Shown piece after piece: positions 1 through 7,948 of a DNA stretch of 64,000 bases. The notes beneath the pieces are model-generated. The model had not been told where the DNA came from. It saw only the letters and a list, made by a program, of their open reading frames with translations, and searched no databases. Each line of letters starts with the position of its first letter. The first letter of the stretch is position 1. The translations under genes and the position numbers were made by a program. This stretch comes from Woeseia sp. (lineage in GTDB: Bacteria; Pseudomonadota; Gammaproteobacteria; Steroidobacterales; Woeseiaceae): positions 486 to 64,485 of the forward strand of contig JBBDSK010000271.1 in the NCBI GenBank assembly GCA_040904985.1, given 5' to 3'.

Positions 1-919
1 GCCATAGAATCTCGCCTGCCGTCTCGCCCGCCATGGCGGCTATACGCGCATCGTTCTCCCGGCGCAGGTCGCGGTTGATGCGCAGGTAAGAAGCCAGCAG
101 GTCGGTCGGGTCCTCGACCTCGAGCTCGGGCGTGTTGTAGAGGATCTCCGGTACGACCTTCTGCAGGAACCGCTCGTTTACTGAAATACGGCTGTTGCGA
201 AAGTTCTTTTGGAAAACCCGGTAGTCGAAATTTGCGCGGCCCTCGTTGCCCACTTCGTCGCGAGCGTAAAGGCTGATCGGCGTCTTGACGTCCTGGTCCC
301 ACATGAGCGCAAAAAAAGCCACGCGCAAACCGGGGTCCGCGTTTGCAATGCCCGCACCGCTCGCCGGATAGCCGGGATACTCGTAGTCGCCTACCCGCAC
401 ACCGGAATCGACGTCCTCCGGCCGAACCCGATAGACGACCATCTCGGAACCGCCGTGGTTGATGTAGTGAAACTGCGAAGCGACGCTGACGTGGGGCGGC
501 GTCAGTCGCACCTCGACTTCACGGCTCGCGATCGATCCGATTTTGCGCAAACCGAACAGTACCGGGCGAACGGCGGTGACCTGCACCGTCAGTGGCCCTG
601 CTGAGAGTTCAGGCACCTCACGCTTGCCGATCGACCGGACGAGGCGCAGCTTGTGCTCCCCTTCCCGCACAAGATGTGCAGCATCGGAACCGGCAAGGCT
701 GAACACCGGCAGGGTTGCGCCGCCCTGATGCAGCGTGACCTCGAGGCCGGTCAGTTCCCCGCCGGGCGTGGTGACGGTAACGTCGAGTTCCCCGGACGGG
801 CCCACAAGCCGCGCAGGCTGAGCGATGTCGATGGCCGGCGGGTCCGAGCGGCCGGCGAAGTGCCACGCGGCGCCGGCCGCCGCGATAAAAAGGATCAGGA
901 CAGTAAGCAGTTTCCCCAT
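1..919 (-). CDS. Secreted or membrane-anchored protein, N-terminal ~306 aa only (gene runs off the left edge). Resembles the non-catalytic N-terminal region of M23-family metallopeptidases.
   Basis: Absent from the ORF track because there is no stop inside the window. Manual minus-strand translation from ATG at 919-917 is open to base 1: MGKLLTVLILFIAAAGAAWHF...DYRVFQKNFRNSRISVNERFLQKVVPEIL...YLRINRDLRRENDARIA. It has a hydrophobic N-terminal anchor. The family call rests on a recalled motif pattern; the catalytic domain is not visible. Confidence 0.55.
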   Translation of the reverse strand, partial: MGKLLTVLILFIAAAGAAWHFAGRSDPPAIDIAQPARLVGPSGELDVTVTTPGGELTGLEVTLHQGGATLPVFSLAGSDAAHLVREGEHKLRLVRSIGKREVPELSAGPLTVQVTAVRPVLFGLRKIGSIASREVEVRLTPPHVSVASQFHYINHGGSEMVVYRVRPEDVDSGVRVGDYEYPGYPASGAGIANADPGLRVAFFALMWDQDVKTPISLYARDEVGNEGRANFDYRVFQKNFRNSRISVNERFLQKVVPEILYNTPELEVEDPTDLLASYLRINRDLRRENDARIAAMAGETAGEILW

Positions 920-988
920 GCGCCGATTGTAGCGGGTTCAGGTGGGAGCCTGTCTACCTTCTCCTGCAGAGGGCAACGTGCTTCTTCG

Positions 989-1309
989 CTAGTGGTTTTT
1001 TTGCTTCCCGAAAGCGTGGCCGAGCGCGCGCTTGAACTTGGCCAGGGCACCATCCACCGCCAGGTTGAGCGATTCGGCCTGATGACTGACAGCGATGGGC
1101 TGGAGTCCCGCGGGACGCGCTTCGAGCAGACATCGCTTATCGGCGCCGCCCCCTTTTTTGCTGCTGTTTTCGTCTCCGAGATGCACCTCGACGCGGGTGA
1201 GTCTTTCTCCAAAGCGGGCATTCAAAGCAGCCTGGATCTTTTCCTCGACATGGCGAGACAGTTGTTCGCGGCCCTCGATGTTATGGTCCGTATTGATCTG
1301 AACCAGCAT
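989..1309 (-). CDS. HPF/RaiA (S30AE) family ribosome-associated protein, short form
   Basis: 106 aa: MLVQINTDHNIEGREQLSRHVEEKIQAALNARFGERLTRVEVHLGDEN...KRCLLEARPAGLQPIAVSHQAESLNLAVDGALAKFKRAL. This is the typical short HPF/RaiA-like pattern. It lies 36 nt downstream of the eRF1-like gene on the same strand. Confidence 0.85.
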   Translation of the reverse strand: MLVQINTDHNIEGREQLSRHVEEKIQAALNARFGERLTRVEVHLGDENSSKKGGGADKRCLLEARPAGLQPIAVSHQAESLNLAVDGALAKFKRALGHAFGKQKNH

Positions 1310-1345
1310 TGTTACTCCTCATACATACGTGTAGCGCTTTCCGAC

Positions 1346-2491
1346 TCAATATCGGAAGACAGCGGCAAGCCCCGTTTTTGTTGGCATCCGGTCCCTTGGC
1401 ACGACCACCACTTCACCGCCCTGTCTTGCCACCAGCGTCGCCAGGTCGTCAAGAACGTCGTCAACATCCGCTTTTTCCAGGTCATCGAATTCGACTTCGC
1501 CGGTCGTGGCATCGATCCTGCCGGGCAGTTCGCAGTCTGCGTCGACAAGCAGTTTCGCGACACGTCCTGCAATGGCTGCGGCGGCGGCATCGCCCGCTTC
1601 CTCCGTGCCGAGTCCCTGGCCGCGGGACTCCTGGTACTCCTCGACTATTGCGCCAAGCCGCTCGAGGTAATGCGGCTGTACGAGTTGCCAGGCCGCATCC
1701 CGCAAGTCGTTGAGGGACAGACCCTCAGGATCCGCGTCGATACCCTGTTCCGCCAGGTACGGGTTATGGCTGACCCGTCGGAACACACTCTGGTTTTCCG
1801 GCAACGCCGCGAGAATGAGGGGAAGTTTCGCACGCGACGAATGTTTCGCCTTGGTCTCCCGGTCGACGGCACGGAAAAAGCGCTCGGCGTCGTGTTCGAC
1901 CTGGTCCTTGCGGCCACCGTGACCGTGGCGCATCGCCGGACCCTGGGCGCCGCCGTAGGACGATACCGTAAGGCGCGCATCGGTCACTTCCTCACCCAAC
2001 GCCTCAGTGAGAGTCCGCGGCACGCCCGGCGCGAGCTCGACTTCGTCCAGGACATCGCGATTGCCTTCGAACAGCCTGACGCGGTCGCGCGTGACGCCGA
2101 GTATCTGGTAGCGATCCGCCGACTGCAGGATTCGCAGCAGCGGCTTGATGTGGAAGCTGTCGGCCACAACTGCAAGCTCCGGAACCCCGCGCTGAAGCCT
2201 GAAGACGCGAAAAAAATCGGGTGCGGCAAGCACGGCCAGGCCATCCAGCGTGCAATTCCAGAACTCCTCGTTCCGGGCAACCTCCTTGAGCGGCTCGAGG
2301 AGCGAGCCGATCTCGCCCGACTCGTATTCGTGCGAAAGCGATTTCTCCACTTCTTCCAGGAGGTTCCTGAAGCGAATCGAATCCTGCTGATTCTGCGGGA
2401 AATGGCGATGTGTCGGCTGGTACAGGGAAATGCGCGGCGGCGCGCCGCTGTCGATCAGATCTTTCAGGTTGTCGATTTCGGTAGGGTCCAT
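1346..2491 (-). CDS. eRF1-like protein (bacterial archaeo-eukaryotic release factor, baeRF3-like family)
   Basis: The track ORF is 1346..2611. I trim it to ATG 2491 (MDPTEIDNLKDL), which has GGAG 8 nt upstream. Recalled family signatures: ISLYQPTHRH, LDGLAVLAAPDFFRVFRL, VVADSFHIKPLL, RYQILGVTRDRVRLFEG, and an acidic C-terminal domain. The family name comes from memory, not a search. Confidence 0.55.
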   Translation of the reverse strand: MDPTEIDNLKDLIDSGAPPRISLYQPTHRHFPQNQQDSIRFRNLLEEVEKSLSHEYESGEIGSLLEPLKEVARNEEFWNCTLDGLAVLAAPDFFRVFRLQRGVPELAVVADSFHIKPLLRILQSADRYQILGVTRDRVRLFEGNRDVLDEVELAPGVPRTLTEALGEEVTDARLTVSSYGGAQGPAMRHGHGGRKDQVEHDAERFFRAVDRETKAKHSSRAKLPLILAALPENQSVFRRVSHNPYLAEQGIDADPEGLSLNDLRDAAWQLVQPHYLERLGAIVEEYQESRGQGLGTEEAGDAAAAAIAGRVAKLLVDADCELPGRIDATTGEVEFDDLEKADVDDVLDDLATLVARQGGEVVVVPRDRMPTKTGLAAVFRY

Positions 2492-2609
2492 AACTCCAAT
2501 GTCTTCCGGTTTTGTGGCTGGCGAACTGGTACTGTTGGTGAAGCAATATGTGTGCCAGAGTGGCCGCGCCTGGAAAACATAAACAGCGGCCAAAGCCGTG
2601 CGGGGTTCC

Positions 2610-4151
2610 ATGACAACTGAAGGTCCGGCCTATCTCTCGAAATCGAAGCTGGTAAGCGCCTGGCAGTGCCTGAAGAAGCTTCATCTGATCGTCAACAGGC
2701 CGGAGCTGGCGGTAAAGCTGACAAAGACGGAGTCCTCCTTCAGAACGGGCAATGATGTCGGTGAAATTGCGAAGCGGATATATGGCACGCCCGAGGCTGT
2801 TGACATGCCGTATGCGAAAGACGCGGCCGCAATGCTGCGCGAGACAGAAGCGGTTCTCGGAAACGGCTTTGCTTTTCCCGTTTTCGAGGCGACGTTCCGG
2901 CACCAGGGAGTACTCGTGCGCGTGGACATGCTTCTCCCCGACGGTGACGGCTGGCATGCCATCGAGGTGAAGGCATCCACGTCGGTCAAGAGAGTGCACC
3001 TGCTGGACTGCGCTGTGCAGCTGTGGGTGATGGAGGGGGCGGGACTGCCGATCAAGTCGATCTCGGTCGGCTATGTCAATAACCGGTTCGTTTACCGTGG
3101 AGACGGCAATTACGCCGGACTCATTGCAGAGCAGGACGTGACTGCGGAGGCGGTTCGGCTGCGCGACAGCGTCATCGATCTTGTTCACCGGGCGCGGAAA
3201 ACACTGGCCGGGGATTTGCCTGATATCCCCGTCGGAGCTCACTGCAACAAACCCTACGAGTGCGAGTTTCGTGCCTTTTGCTGGCCGCTGAACACGGAGT
3301 ATCCGGTTCCCGGCCTTGGCGGCAGCAAGGCGAAGCATGCGGAGTGGGTGAACCGCGGCTTCACGGACATACGTGACCTGCCGGCGTCGGAAATTACCGC
3401 TGAACGGCAGCTACGGATTTATCGGGTCACCTGCGCCGGAACCCCAGAGATTTTACCCGGCGCAAGAGAGGCGCTGGCGGCACTGGGCTATCCGCGCTAC
3501 TTCCTGGATTTCGAAACCGTGGGGCCTGCAATCCCGATCTGGGAGGGCACGCGGCCGTACCAGGCTATCCCGGTTCAGTGGTCGATCCACGTCGATGACG
3601 GTCATGGTGACGGTTCGCTGGGCCGGATGAAGCACGCCGAGTTTCTGGACCTCTCCGGCGAGCCGCCCATGAGGCTGCTGGCGGAGAAGATGATAGACGC
3701 GCTGGGGAACGCCGGTCCGGTGTTTATGTACACGAACTATGAACTGGGAGTGATAAAAAACCTGATCGATTGGTGCCCGGACCTGAAAGAAAGGCTTCAA
3801 GCCATTATTGACCGCCTGTTCGATCTTGCGAATCTGCTCCAGGCCTTTTACTACCATCCCCGCATGGCCGGCTCGTGGTCTATCAAAGCCGCCGCGCCCG
3901 CCATCGCACCGCAGATGGATTACGCAATGCTGGACGGCATCAACGAGGGAACCGGTGCCTCCGAAGGTTTCCTCGAAGCGATCAGGGCGGATACAAAGCC
4001 GGACCGAAAGGCGCTTCTGGAACAGCAGTTGCTGCGGTACTGCCGCTTCGATACCGAGGCGATGGTGGAGATCGTTCACTTTCTCGAGAGGCAGCCGCAG
4101 GAAGCCGCGAACTCTGCGCTCGGAGCGCATGCCGGCCAGGCCTCGCGGTGA
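2610..4151 (+). CDS. DUF2779 domain protein (Cas4/AddB-like PD-(D/E)XK nuclease fold with Cys cluster)
   Basis: The N-terminus YLSKSKLVSAWQCLKKLHL is typical of DUF2779. Cys cluster: HCNKPYECEFRAFCW. The start is uncertain (GTG 2598 or ATG 2610). It is divergent from the baeRF/HPF pair. Confidence 0.7.
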   Translation: MTTEGPAYLSKSKLVSAWQCLKKLHLIVNRPELAVKLTKTESSFRTGNDVGEIAKRIYGTPEAVDMPYAKDAAAMLRETEAVLGNGFAFPVFEATFRHQGVLVRVDMLLPDGDGWHAIEVKASTSVKRVHLLDCAVQLWVMEGAGLPIKSISVGYVNNRFVYRGDGNYAGLIAEQDVTAEAVRLRDSVIDLVHRARKTLAGDLPDIPVGAHCNKPYECEFRAFCWPLNTEYPVPGLGGSKAKHAEWVNRGFTDIRDLPASEITAERQLRIYRVTCAGTPEILPGAREALAALGYPRYFLDFETVGPAIPIWEGTRPYQAIPVQWSIHVDDGHGDGSLGRMKHAEFLDLSGEPPMRLLAEKMIDALGNAGPVFMYTNYELGVIKNLIDWCPDLKERLQAIIDRLFDLANLLQAFYYHPRMAGSWSIKAAAPAIAPQMDYAMLDGINEGTGASEGFLEAIRADTKPDRKALLEQQLLRYCRFDTEAMVEIVHFLERQPQEAANSALGAHAGQASR

Positions 4152-4187
4152 GATACTGGCCGTCATCAAGCTGATGACAATTCAGGT

Positions 4188-5717
4188 ATGCAGCTCTCGG
4201 ATCTTGTCGACGTATCGCGCCGCGTAGGCGCCACTCGCAGCCGCCTGCAGAAACGTGCGGCCTTGAGCGGCTGCCTGCGGCAAGCCGCACCCGCAGAGGT
4301 CGGCCTCGTCGTCAACTATCTGACGGGCAGGCTTCCTCAGGGGCGCATCGGTCTGGGCCCGGCGATTCTTCGACGGCTCGCGGGCGGCGAGGCCGCGAGC
4401 ACCCCGACGCTTTCGTTGATCGATGTCGATGCCGCGTTCGAGCGCATTACCGCCACGCTCGGTAAGGGCTCGCAGAGTGCCCGGCGCGAGCAGCTCGCGG
4501 GGTTGTTCGATCGTGCGGCCGCGGCGGAGCGCGATTTTCTTGTGCGGTTGATTCTTGGCGAGCTGCGACAGGGGGCTCTCGAAGGAGTGCTGACCGACGC
4601 GATTGCGGACGCGGCTTCCCTGGATGCCGTCGAAGTTCGCCGGGCGGTCATGCTCGCCGGCGACCCGGCCGTGGTCGCAACGGCTGCGATGCGCGAAGGT
4701 CGCGCTGGTCTCGCGCACTTCAGACTGACGCCGCTGTCGCCGATCCAGCCTATGCTGGCCCAGCCGGCGACCGACATCCATGAAGCGATGGATACACTCG
4801 GCGAAGCGGCGCTCGAGTACAAGCTCGATGGCGCGCGCGTGCAAATACATAAGGTGCAATCCGAAGTAAGGATCTTCTCGCGTCGCCTGAACGACGTTAC
4901 CGCAAGTCTCCCCGAGATCGTACGTGCGGTGCAGGCCTGCCCTGGCCAACAGGTCATTCTCGACGGTGAAGCGATAGCAATGCGCGCCGATGGCAGGCCG
5001 CATCCATTCCAGATCACAATGTCGCGCTTCGGCCGCAGGGACGGGATCGCCGCAAGCGGAAGACTGCCTCTTCACGTTTTTCTGTTCGATTGCCTGCATC
5101 ACGATGGCGACGACCTGATAGACCGGCCGGGCGTCGAGCGCTTCCAGCGTTTAGCGGCCGCGGTAACGGCCGAGCTGCAGGTACCGCGCATCGTCACCGC
5201 CGACAAGCGCAAAGCCGCGGAGTTTCTTGACACCGCTCTCGCAAAAGGCCACGAAGGCGTCATGGCGAAATCGCTGCTCGCAACCTACCAGGCCGGCAAC
5301 CGCGGTGCCGACTGGCTAAAGGTGAAGCCGACGCACACGCTCGACCTCGCCGTGCTCGCCGTGGAATGGGGCAGCGGGCGGCGGCGTGGCTGGCTCAGCA
5401 ACCTGCACCTCGGCGCGCGCGACCCCGAATCGGGCGGCTTCGTCATGCTCGGCAAAACGTTCAAAGGGCTCACGGACGAGATGCTCGCGTGGCAGACGCA
5501 GCGCTTGCTGGAACTGGAGATTGGACGCGAAGACAGCGTCGTGCACGTGAAACCGGAGCTTGTCGTCGAGATCGCCGTGAACCAGATACAGACAAGCCCG
5601 CAGTACCCGGCCGGCATGGCCCTGCGGTTCGCGCGCGTCAAACGGTACCGTGAGGACAAGCCGGCGAGTGAGGCGGACACGGTTCAGACCGTGCGGGATA
5701 TTTTTGAACGCCAGTAG
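4188..5717 (+). CDS. ATP-dependent DNA ligase (Lig1/LigB-like, three-domain)
   Basis: 509 aa with the adenylation motif I EYKLDGARVQIHK (KxDG). There is an N-terminal DNA-binding-domain-like region MQLSDLVDVSRRVGATRSRLQK and a C-terminal OB region (LRFARVKRYREDK). It lies 36 nt after the DUF2779 gene. Confidence 0.9.
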   Translation: MQLSDLVDVSRRVGATRSRLQKRAALSGCLRQAAPAEVGLVVNYLTGRLPQGRIGLGPAILRRLAGGEAASTPTLSLIDVDAAFERITATLGKGSQSARREQLAGLFDRAAAAERDFLVRLILGELRQGALEGVLTDAIADAASLDAVEVRRAVMLAGDPAVVATAAMREGRAGLAHFRLTPLSPIQPMLAQPATDIHEAMDTLGEAALEYKLDGARVQIHKVQSEVRIFSRRLNDVTASLPEIVRAVQACPGQQVILDGEAIAMRADGRPHPFQITMSRFGRRDGIAASGRLPLHVFLFDCLHHDGDDLIDRPGVERFQRLAAAVTAELQVPRIVTADKRKAAEFLDTALAKGHEGVMAKSLLATYQAGNRGADWLKVKPTHTLDLAVLAVEWGSGRRRGWLSNLHLGARDPESGGFVMLGKTFKGLTDEMLAWQTQRLLELEIGREDSVVHVKPELVVEIAVNQIQTSPQYPAGMALRFARVKRYREDKPASEADTVQTVRDIFERQ

Positions 5718-5817
5718 CGGCGCAGGCTCTCGCTGTCCGCCTCCTGTCGAGCGCCGGACAGCGGAGATTCACCGAAGGCTCAGGAGCAGAACCGTTAGCT
5801 GACGGCGATTGGCACCC

Positions 5818-7299
5818 TCAGGCCAGCCCGGGGCTTATCTGTAATTCGCCGCTTCCTTGCCGTTGCAGGCCGCGATTGAGCTTTGATACGAGCGCTCCCG
5901 GTATCAGGTGCTGGTCGTTTACCGTACGGAGAACTCTCTCTCGGAGATCATTTAGGTCAGCGCCCGCGATGGCGCGCGTGAAATCGTTCCGATTCGGGCG
6001 ATCCGGAAAATCCAGCCCTGGCTGGGCTTGTAGCAAAAGCCCCAGTGCAAGAACGCATTCCTCGCGAGTTCCGACGCAGTCCCACGGTTTCAATTTGCCG
6101 GAGACAAGCTGCAGTACGTGCTGCCGTATGGCCGGACGTCGAATGACGTCCTCGCAAAAGATGGCTTCGATTCCGGTTACACCTATAAACGGATACAGGG
6201 CAAGTGCCGTAAAGGCGCATTTTGCGCAGCGTTTGCACCATTCCCTGCCTTCTCGCCCACTTTTGTTACAGCTGATGAAATCGTTGAAGTAAGCTGAATG
6301 CCGCGAGAACATCTGCGCCAGCTGCAGATCCGAGTACGGCCTGAGGACACTGAATACTTCGACGTCCTGAACGATTCGCCGCTGTACAAAGTCAGACAGC
6401 CCTTTTTCGAATTCCAGCGATTTAGCGTACTGGTGGTTTATTTCAAAACCCTTGTAAACGACGTTTCCGACATTCGCCGAGCTCTCGTTTCCTGCGGCCA
6501 CGAATTTCGACTTGGTAATGATCGCAGCCACCAGGCCAATTGCCAGGAATATTGAGGCATGCGGTGTGTGTCCCCATTTGTACCTGCGCCTGGCAAGCAT
6601 CTTCGGGTCGATTTCATACGAAATTTCCATGGATTCCGTATTTCCGGAAATCTCGATCACGCGCCGTCTTGTGCGATTGGGGCCGATTGATACCCAGGAG
6701 AAAGGCAGGCCGGCTGCCCTCAGTAGTTCAGCAGCTACAATGGTGTCCTTGCCTCCTCCGTTAAGCATTAACGTTCTGGAAACTGAGCCGATTCTGACGG
6801 ACGTGCGGTCACTGTCGGGCTCGGCAAGAACGTCAATCAGTTTTGTCGGATCCAGCCCGTGCCGATAGCGGAATTCTGCCAAGCCGCCGAGAAGGAATTT
6901 TTCAAAGAAATCGATCGATTCAGCGTCCAGCGTGGCCGTGCGAATTTGGACGGTACGGAAATCCGCCAGCTTGAAGAAAAATGGAGCGAAGCAAAGACCA
7001 AGTAAGGTGAGCAATTGCTGGCGAGGCGCGGCCGGAAACTCCTCAAGTGCGGACTGGAAGGGCTCTGGAAATTCCACGGTGATTTCAAAACTGTCTCCGC
7101 AGGCGTGGTAGCGAAGGCTAAGCGTATTCGCCGATAAGTTTGCAGCCATCAACTCGAGTGCCTTTCGCCGCGGTGGAAACTCCAAAACGAGATTCCTTAC
7201 CGCTTTCAGCATTCTCTTCGCCACGGTCACTTCATAGCTGATGGCTTTCAACCTTCCTTCCTCAATGAATTTACGGCTGTCCACCACATGCGGAAGCAC
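5818..7299 (-). CDS. Hypothetical protein with a PP-loop-like nucleotide-binding motif and a C-terminal CxxCxKC motif (adenine-nucleotide alpha-hydrolase-like; possibly MurL-related)
   Basis: 493-aa ORF with a GTG start. Motifs: LMLNGGGKDTIVAAELL, AAGNESSAN, and WCKRCAKCAFTALALYPF. It is clearly more AT-rich than its neighbours (sampled lines ~45-55% GC). It has no operon partners and is convergent with the ligase. Confidence 0.5.
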   Translation of the reverse strand: MLPHVVDSRKFIEEGRLKAISYEVTVAKRMLKAVRNLVLEFPPRRKALELMAANLSANTLSLRYHACGDSFEITVEFPEPFQSALEEFPAAPRQQLLTLLGLCFAPFFFKLADFRTVQIRTATLDAESIDFFEKFLLGGLAEFRYRHGLDPTKLIDVLAEPDSDRTSVRIGSVSRTLMLNGGGKDTIVAAELLRAAGLPFSWVSIGPNRTRRRVIEISGNTESMEISYEIDPKMLARRRYKWGHTPHASIFLAIGLVAAIITKSKFVAAGNESSANVGNVVYKGFEINHQYAKSLEFEKGLSDFVQRRIVQDVEVFSVLRPYSDLQLAQMFSRHSAYFNDFISCNKSGREGREWCKRCAKCAFTALALYPFIGVTGIEAIFCEDVIRRPAIRQHVLQLVSGKLKPWDCVGTREECVLALGLLLQAQPGLDFPDRPNRNDFTRAIAGADLNDLRERVLRTVNDQHLIPGALVSKLNRGLQRQGSGELQISPGLA

Positions 7300-7555
7300 A
7301 TTGGTACAGCTAAGGACCCAGCTTCACTAATGCTAGCAAAAACCGCATGAAAACCCGCCAGGTTTGAATATCCCGCTCCCGCGTAACGAAGACGGGCGCA
7401 AGCACGTCTGCTCCTGCGGCAGAACCCGACAAGGCTACGAGGTGTTAGTGGAAGTGGGTGAGACAGCCCTGCAGGTCGGTGTTTACGGCGAAATACCCTG
7501 GGTTGCTGAGAAGAATTGGCTCTAGCGCGCCATCAGCAGCATCACCTGCAGGCGC

Positions 7556-7948
7556 TTAGTGGGAACCCCCGCCGGCCGCACGCTTTTTGCGCAGCCGGGT
7601 AGCGCCCAGGGCCAGCACGATCAGGAGGATGGGCAGGTACAGCCATAGCCGGCGCGCGGTCTTGCCGCCCCCCGTAGCTGCGTCATCCTGCGCGTCATCG
7701 GGCGACGGGCCGTGACCTTGCTGCGGATTCGTCTGCGGTTCGACCGGGATCATGTACCCCGTCTCGGGATCGAATATCTGGTAGGCGCTCGGACTGATAT
7801 CTTCGTCGCCGGCAAACGAAACCTGCGCGACCGACAGCACCGCCATACACAGGAACGCGACAGCGGGGCCCGCGACCGGTTTGCCGGTATGACCGCTCCC
7901 AGCAGGACCGTTACGGTTCGTCCAGCAGTGGTATTGTGGCGCCGTCAC
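7556..7948 (-). CDS. Small hypothetical protein with signal-like N-terminus and a C-terminal TM plus basic tail
   Basis: GTG start overlapping the TGA stop of the upstream amidohydrolase (GTGA). Sequence: FLCMAVLSVAQVSFAG ... LWLYLPILLIVLALGATRLRKKR. No family recognised, and the start is uncertain. Confidence 0.45.
   Translation of the reverse strand: MTAPQYHCWTNRNGPAGSGHTGKPVAGPAVAFLCMAVLSVAQVSFAGDEDISPSAYQIFDPETGYMIPVEPQTNPQQGHGPSPDDAQDDAATGGGKTARRLWLYLPILLIVLALGATRLRKKRAAGGGSH

Noticed and set aside
653-2620. Very long plus-strand ORF (655 aa), with similar long ORFs at 2004..3338(-), 16689..18011(+), 23835..24791(+), 34990..36132(+), 40258..41424(+), 41958..42932(+) and 18347..19843(-).
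   Set aside because: All lie antisense to, or out of frame with, genes that have clear family motifs. Their translations are Arg/Ala/Pro/Gly-rich low-complexity sequence, typical of shadow ORFs in GC-rich DNA.
5732-5762. 8-bp stem (GCTGTCCG / CGGACAGC) with a 15-nt loop between the convergent ligase and PP-loop genes.
   Set aside because: The stem is short, the loop is large and there is no U-tract. It is too weak to call a terminator.
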